Below, piece by piece: positions 56,184 through 64,000 of a stretch of 64,000 nucleotides of DNA. This DNA is from Eledone cirrhosa (lineage: Eukaryota). Made by a program: the position numbers and the translations under genes. The stretch spans positions 38,130,001-38,194,000 of the forward strand of contig OZ024752.1 in the NCBI GenBank assembly GCA_964016885.1, written 5' to 3'. Every line of letters starts with the position of its first letter. The first letter of the stretch is position 1. The notes beneath the pieces are model-generated. The model was not told the DNA's origin and did no database searches. It was given only the letters and a program-made list of their open reading frames with translations.

Positions 56184-56391
56184 CCCTTTAACATTTACAT
56201 TACTTCATATTTACTATTGTATTTTTGTGGTAAAGGCTATATTTTACATAATTATCTCACATAATATCAGATCTATAAGATTTTGATATTTATTTTGAGA
56301 ACACTATCTTAACATCAGTATGAGTGGCCGGTTTGAACAGGAAGAGGTGAAAAAATTCTGGCCAGATATGGCCGGTTTAAATGCTAAAGAG
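56184..56391. mobile_element. piggyBac-like MITE in a U2AF1 intron
   Basis: TTAA-CCCTTTAACATTTA...TAAATGCTAAAGAG-TTAA; opposite orientation to 33810. Confidence 0.75.
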
Positions 56392-59300
56392 TTAAGAGAA
56401 TGAAAAAGGGGGCTGATCTAATTAGCAGATAGTCTTATATTCAGGAATATATGATACTTGTCTCAAGTTTTACAGCATTTTAGTTTATTCTTAAAGAGTC
56501 GCTAAATTAGTAAATTTATGTAATGTCAGTCTTATGTGACTATATTAAAGGATTTTTCCTTTTTTTTTTTAAGTTGTTAAAATTTTAGTGCTTCAAGTAA
56601 GAATTTGTGTATTTGATTTTTTTTTTCTTAGCAATTTTTTAATTCTGTAACTTCTAGCAATTATTTAGTGTTATAGGATCAGAAGAATACTTAATAATAA
56701 AAAAAATATTCATTTTTAGAAGTTAATTACTTGAAACAAGTATTTGTAATTAAAATGGAGTATTACTTAATTTATAATATTATATTTAGTTCAAATAATG
56801 TTCAAATAACTCAAAGCTAAATATTTTTTCTCCTTCTATTTAATAATTACAAAACCTTTTGTTATAAAACCATAATATATATTTACATGATCCTGATTTA
56901 AAAAAAAAAATGGTATACTTTAAAAAGAGCTAATTATTATTTTCTATTTACTAATTTCAATATATATATTTAGCATATATTACTTAAAGTATTTCTAAGC
57001 TCCTGTTCTTTCTAAATACTAGGTATTGTATTTACTTAGATAAGCTAACACCTATTTTTCTCTAGTTAAACTACGGTTTATTTCGACAAATTGTTTACTC
57101 TTTTCCATGCTTACATATAAAGTATCTATGCTATTTTTTTATTATAACAATTTTCTCTTTGATTTCTTCACAATTCATCCAAGGCATTACACAGGATTGT
57201 GTTTTATGTTTTTTTTTATGATGTAACTTTTGAGGGATTTTTCATTGGTTTCTATTTTAGTTTGCAATATTGTCTTGCATGCTGTGTTTATATTTCTTAG
57301 ATAATTTTATATGATATGGGTGTGTAAATATAACACACAAACACACATATATATTGTATACATATATATGTATATATATATATTGTATACATATATATGT
57401 GTACATATATACTGTAATGGTTTGAATAACCAAAGGTGTGGAGAGAACTCAGTCTTGTGTGAAAAGTTATATGTCTTTATATAACACTAGGTTTACCAAA
57501 ACTTTACATGTTTCAAGGATGGTCAAGACCAAGTTTCTGTTGGATTTTACATTGACAAATGTCTAATCTGATGAAAGGTTAGACTTGACCAACTCTGAAA
57601 CATATGTAGCATTTTTGTAGTAAGCCTAGTACTGTATGAAGACATATTATATATATATATATATATAATACATACCCACTGTGATAAATGAGAAATATAT
57701 TTTATATTGAAGATTTTACATAACAAAAACACGATTACAGACTATAATTACTAAAATACTTTTTATTTAAACATCGTAATCTTTAATGATAAACTTATGT
57801 TTTTGTAAGTTATACTTTAGTCATACAAAATGTACCATTAATAACTAGGTATAAATTTGTTAATCTATAAAACAGTTGATGGAGTTTTGAGAAATCTTAG
57901 TTGTAAATGTATAGATAGGCTTCAGATTACTGAAATATTTTAAGTAATGATTTAACAAAACGATTTTTTAAGCACAACTAAATAACCAGATACATATAAT
58001 TCTAACAATAGTAAGAGCAAGTCTAACTTCACCTCTAGCATCTATAAGTTGGGTATTGGTTAGACTTGAAGATGATGCTGAGTGTTGTCTACAGACAGCA
58101 GTCCTACTAAATCTTAATAGCTTTTCTAACAGATTTCACTATCTGATGTGAGATGTATTTGTTACCATACTCTCCTTAGATTACTATTAGTTGTACACTG
58201 GTGGAGATTGGTGAACATCCTAAGGGAAAGATAACATTTTTCAGGGGATAGCATCCAGAGAAAGTACACATGCTGCTGTAGCTTCTTCATCCAGGTTACT
58301 GGATCATATGAATTTCACTGATGAGGATGCCAAGGAATGTGTGTTCATATGCCAGTTATTATTATGTAGCAGGGTGATAGAAATTCTAAAGAATCAAATA
58401 AAATCCCTTACATCACTTAATGTTTTGAGTCTGAATCTTGTCAAATTCAACTTAATCTTTCGTCTTCCCTGATTGGAAGTCAATTCCTTTTTTACTTTAA
58501 TTTGGCTGTATTAGGATTAATTAGTATTATATATAGTGTATTTGGATGTAACATTTAGTTACTGATGGCTCGCGAGTTTGAACACTTAATGATGATATTC
58601 GGTATTTGGGTCCAGCTACTGATATGGGATTTTATGTTTGGTATTTCATCATAGTCTGTATCTATAAGAAGCAGAGAATCCACAATTCTGGTTGGCTATT
58701 GGTTCCAGAGTCGAGCCCAATCACTACTGATTGTATCTTGAGCAGATCAATTGTGAAACACCCGTCATGGGTGAATAAACATAAAACATAATGATGTTAT
58801 ATTGATACATCATTACTGCTCATTATTATTATTATATATATTTATATTTATTTCTAATGGACTCCCCCCCCCCCCCCGATTTTGAAAGGTCTTAACTTAT
58901 ATAATGTGTTAAAACATATAACTACTTGTAGGAGAGTATTAATAGTTATAATTCAGTTTATTAAAAAGTTCCTACTAATTAAAATGTTTTAGATATTTTG
59001 TTTTCAAAGTTTTCTTATAATATATATCTCATTTAAGTCACAGTATAATTACTAGTAGTCCTTTTGAATGTTTTTTATAAGTGACAAAACAATATACCAA
59101 CATATATTTGACATTATTTTAACTTAGGTAATCCATTTGGCAAAAAAAAAAAAAAAAATTTCAATCTTAAATTATCGAAATGTCAAAAATTAACTCCCCC
59201 GTTTATAATTATTTCTTAGATTAACGGCCAATAATTCGATCACTGCATAAAAATTTTTGTATATTGATTTGTCACACTTATTGTTGTAATTTAATTTGTT

Positions 59301-61203
59301 TAAACTGTATTTTGTGTCTATTTTTTTGTTTTCCTGTTTATTTCCATTTGTTAGTTGATCTCTCCAATTTCTCTTTCCACATGTTCTATGTATATTAATG
59401 GCTTCTCACTTTTGAAGCTGTGTCTTTGTGTTTTATTAGTTGTTGTAACCATTTCAACACTTTAACACAGCTTCTTTGTCTCCAAGTCTTTGGATCTGTC
59501 ACTTTCTATTTGTTATTCTTCTTCGCTGTTGTATTTGTCCACATGGTGTGTGTGTTTTTTTTTATCTTTAGCTTTATTCTTTTTATTGCTTTAGCAGTGT
59601 TCACAAAAGTTTGGCAATCATTCTATTTGCTTTTTAAACTATATGTTCAAAACTACTCACTAAAAATCACATTAATGTCCAAAACCTTTTAAAGTTTATA
59701 TATACATTTATAACTAAAACTTAATGACAAATGATATGAGTTCTGTGTCTATCTCATTATTGAAAATTGGAATGTTGTTCTTTAAAGAAAAGTACCAACT
59801 GGTTTTTAATCAAGTTGAATAGATGTAATGATATTGGTAAAATTGATTGCTCCATTTTTGTTCTTAGTCAAATCTTAAGATTGCCATACTATTGTGAAAT
59901 CGTATTACATATAATCCTTATATTATTTGCTTCTTGTATTTTGTTAATTTTTATGCTTTCCTTTTTTTATTTATTTTAAAAATAGTACAATTGTCCATAA
60001 TCCAATGTTTTCATTTTTTGTATTAAAAAATCATCAATTTGTCATTTTTCTTTGTATGCTTAACTTGCTCAGTGATTGACAGCAAGGTAAATGTTTACTG
60101 CTCCAGAAAGCAGCTTTTCTTCTGGTATTTTATCAACTTAGCTTAGCTGTCTCCTTAACTTAAGATTTCTTCACTATTGTATTCCTTGAACACATTTAGC
60201 TCTGAAGTTAGCTCTGGGGCAACAAGAATAATTTATCTTGCAGCCAGTAGCACTTACTTATGTTAGCAGCTTGTTATCATCAATGGAATATTGAAATACT
60301 TGGTACAGACAAGATTACCTTGATTTAAAACCCCTGATTTAAAGGCAAACTTTTATTATATATATATATATATTTATATATTATATGACTCTCCAACTAT
60401 TTGGGTCCTCTTAAATGAAAGCATTTAAATATTTGAGACTATTTTCTAATCTTCATTAACTTGTTTGACAAGTTTTGTCTATGTGACAATACAAAGTAGG
60501 CTGTTGATTTCTATTTTCTTTAAGAAACTCACTTCAATGTCTATGAATAACTCCTAAACCTCATCAATGAGTTTTGTTCATTTTCATTTTATTACTTTTT
60601 ATCATGCAACGATGTGGATTAAAAAATATTGTAAAAGAATTAATTGTACTAAACATATTTCTACTTATTTAAAACCCACAATGTGTTTGGCAATGTATAT
60701 AGTTGAAGTGCATGTTTATAAACTAAGGTATTATAAAATCTAGAAAGATCTTTTAGTGGCTTACTATTTTTGTACTATCATTACTCTCTATATATCTCTC
60801 TTATTGAGCACTACATAGGAATCGAAATTGACTTAGTATTTTAACTGGATTTAAGATTTTGTGATAAATACCTTCCTATTTCCATTCTGTATAAATACAT
60901 ATTCCATTAATGCTGCACAGTGGATCACTTTGATTAATTTGATAATCTGTAATTCCTTAACGCTGCTTGGATCTTGAGTTAATTAAATTCTGTGCACTAA
61001 AATGACGCTGCAAGGATTGTATATAAAAGAGGGGAAATCTTCATAAGTCACAAGTTATCCTCCTGTTATTACTCTAGCCACTCTTTAATTCAACTGCAAG
61101 CTTCTTGTCCCATTATTCTATCTAAATCTTAAACGCTACACTATGACATTCCTTCCCTGTTGTGCCATGAAGGAATATCTTCATGTTTGTTACTTCTTTT
61201 CAG

Positions 61204-61280
61204 TGACAATGGATGATGTTGAAGCGCAACAGGATTTTGATGATTTTTTCGAGGAGGTATTTTGTGAAATAGAGGACAAG
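61204..61280 (+). CDS. U2AF1: U2AF1 exon 4a (UHM acidic helix A, variant A)
   Basis: tacttcttttcag|TG ACA ATG...GAC AAG|gtaacc = (M/V)TMDDVEAQQDFDDFFEEVFCEIEDK; 77 nt, phase 1 to 0. Confidence 0.9.
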
Positions 61281-62046
61281 GTAACCCTCCTTTCTTGCTT
61301 TCCTTTCAGCGCTAGCACAGGACAAACAAACAATTATTTTGCAATGATTTTTTTTTTACTCCCCATTGTTCCTGCTCCCCAAATATTTCAGTCCTAAAAT
61401 TTATGTCATGGAAACAAGGTTTAACCCTCACTTCCTTTCCCTGTTGTTTCGATGCTGTAAATTTTGGGATTTTTATTGTCACAGATTGATGGTTCTTAGT
61501 ACTACCTTTGGCTAATACAAAAGAAAGATTCTTTTAAATTCTTTGTTTTATACTTTTATTAATATCCTTTGAAATCAAATTTAACAACTTATATAGCCTA
61601 TAACTAATTTCCATCATTCTTTGAACAAAAAATATTTTACAAATAACTAATTTTTTAATTTTCATTTGCAGGTAAATTTTGGATCATTTTAGCAGTTTGA
61701 GTGGAAATAGTATTCTTATTTTAAATTTTCTAAGGATTACAATGAATAAAGTGCTGGTTTTTACAGTATTTTATATTTTACAATCTTACTTAAACTATTA
61801 TTTCATAATACTGTTTCCACTCACTCTGTCAAATTTCAACTTCAACTAATACACTTCATTTTTCAGGTTTTCTTTCCTTCATCTTAATTATTACCTTTCA
61901 GTTTTTTCTTTTTATAATTTGAAGCTGTTAAACTAGTTGTTTTGTACTCTAATTCCTAGTGTAGTGCTCCTCCTAGCCAGTTGGTTATAGGTATTCTAAC
62001 TTTTATCCCACTCTTCTATATCTGCTGGTGCTCTGTTTTCGTTTAG

Positions 62047-62120
62047 TCCAAATGGGAGAGCTTGAGATCCAACAGCACTATGATGAATTCTTTGAAGAGG
62101 TTTATGTAGAAATGGAAAAG
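62047..62120 (+). CDS. U2AF1: U2AF1 exon 4b (UHM acidic helix A, variant B)
   Basis: ctgttttcgtttag|TC CAA ATG...GAA AAG|gtaacc = (I/V)QMGELEIQQHYDEFFEEVYVEMEK; 74 nt, phase 1 to 0; QHYDEFFEEV matches U2AF35. Confidence 0.92.
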
Positions 62121-64000
62121 GTAACCTTGTTTTTCTGTTGCAATATTAAGCTTTGATGTTGCTGCCACAAACAATAATAACTACTAATAAATTTAAGTTT
62201 CTTTACAAATTTAATAACAAAAAAAAAAATACTATTCTATATTTGGTTTTGATCTTGACTAACCTTTGATGCTGATGACTAACTAATACTAACAGATTGA
62301 TTAAAACTCCTTTAATTCATGTGAAACTAAGCCCTAGTTTATATGCTCTTTCTTTTAGACTGGTTTGTATTTATCTGTGTAAAGTTGTGTGGATGTTTTT
62401 CTTTTTCTTAAGTATCTGCCATTTCTATGGAAAACAAAAAAAAATCGATAATTGTGAAGCACTTCCAAACCTTATTTCAGCCATCATGTTGTGTCCCTGT
62501 GGAAGGAACATAAATCTATGTGCTTCAACTTGGCTGTAAAACTCCACTTTTGTTTTATTAAGAATAACACCTAGCTGTATAAGAATGTGCAAATGTCCAA
62601 ATTTTATAAAATCATGTTAAAGTGGATGTTAAAATTTAAACAAGAGAAATTTGACTATAATTTACAGTTAATGAACTAAAGACTAAATATGTTGAGAATT
62701 TGGTCATGGCTGTGTGTGTCTTAATATATATAAACAGAAATAAAAACAAAATATTGAAAGCCCAATTGGGGTTCAACACCCACCAAATTGTATGTTTTTA
62801 TTACTGTTTCTGTATATTCTTTGAAAAATTCTTCCTTCATTAATATTTAGTGTTAATACTAAATTTATCTTTTTCTTTTATCAGTATATATTTTTGTGTT
62901 TTTTGATCTTCACTTCTTTTGATTTAGTTTTTTAATGTACTTCTAGGGAAATGCATGTTATTTTACTCAATGATCACAATATCTTCCTGCATTTCTAAAA
63001 CATAACTGTCTCTAACCTTACTTTATAAGCTGCTACAAATTGAGAACATGATATTGTCTCTAACATTAGTTTACAAGCTGCTGGTACTGTTACTATAGGT
63101 GACAACATAACATTGTCTCTAGTGTTAGTTTATAAAATACTATTACTACAGGTGACAATATAATTCAATTTCTGTTTGAAATGTAAAGTTAGATTTCAAT
63201 ATATACTACACTGCTTTTCCTGAATGGTAAATTAGATAACTTTTGTTTATTTGGAAATTTAATATTAAACTATTTTGTAATTGAATCTATTAGACCTCAT
63301 TAGTTGACTGATTGGAGTGGAACTCATCAAATCAGACCAAGGAAACAATATTTCCATTGGTCTTTTCATTGCTGATACTATCTACTGTTTCCAACATAAA
63401 ATAAAGTGTCTTGCTCTAGGACATATTATGTCACCTAGTTTGGGAAGCGAACTTGCAACTTCACAATTAAGAAACCTATTCTAACCACTATCCTAAATGT
63501 TGGTTATCTGAATTTTTACTTCATTATTTTTTAAGCAGTATTATTTATTTATTTAGTATATATGAATATATCATTGTGTGTTTGTCTAAGTGCCTGTTAA
63601 AATGAAAAGCATCTTACCACAGAAGTTAATAGAATCAAAAGCATGTCAATTTAATTAGAGTATCAGTTGTCTTAAAAATCTAACTTTCTGTTAGCTTATT
63701 TTGAATAGTGTCACTAAAACTAATCGGTAGGTTTGACATTGAATAATTCTAGTAACACAATTCTTGCACCTCAGATTGAGAACAACTAACTAAGAATGAT
63801 GGCATAAAAATTTTGTTCAAAGTCAAAGTAGCATTTAAATATTTCAGAAACTGTTTTGATTTTAAAACATGCTTTTGGTATATTTTAATGACAAAATAGC
63901 ATTAAAAAGGCATGCTTTTGATATATTTTAACTTGAAAATAATGTTTAAAAGGAACCATGCTTCAGCTATATTTTAAGTATAAAGTAATATTAAAAAAGC

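Noticed and set aside
58095-58151. ctacag|ACA GCA GTC CTA CTA AAT CTT (TAVLLNL), a possible relic duplicate of exon 3 like vertebrate 3/Ab
   Set aside because: No pyrimidine tract, similarity lost after about 7 codons, in-frame stop and no donor at 67 nt.
61143-61397. 84-aa ORF as a standalone gene
   Set aside because: It is exon 4a plus flanking intron read in frame.
60953-61570. U12-type motifs (TTCCTTAAC at 60953, ATATCCTTT at 61562) as an exclusivity mechanism
   Set aside because: Neither lies at an exon boundary; both 4a and 4b have U2-type sites; such motifs are expected by chance in AT-rich DNA.
62121-64000. U2AF1 exon 5 (expected YGEIEEMNVCDN-like)
   Set aside because: Not found by eye; presumably beyond the window end.

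Overview
AT-rich, repeat-dense eukaryotic genomic DNA. The SINE, RTE-LINE and microsatellite content points to a cephalopod, probably Octopus (inference). Bases 1-48.5 kb look intergenic: two tRNA-derived SINE families, RTE and CR1 LINE fragments, Tc1/mariner, hAT, Merlin-like and piggyBac-like MITEs, solo LTRs, minisatellites and many foldback palindromes. From 48757 on the + strand lies the 5' half of the splicing factor gene U2AF1 (U2AF35), which the ORF track misses; I found no further coding exon before the window ends. The main finding is its splicing cassette. Exon 4 is tandemly duplicated into two diverged, frame-incompatible copies (61204-61280, 62047-62120) that look mutually exclusive, a different exon from the vertebrate 3/Ab pair. 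There is also a candidate 6-nt microexon, a candidate poison microexon and an AG|GT recursive-type site. All splicing calls come from sequence alone and need RNA-seq.
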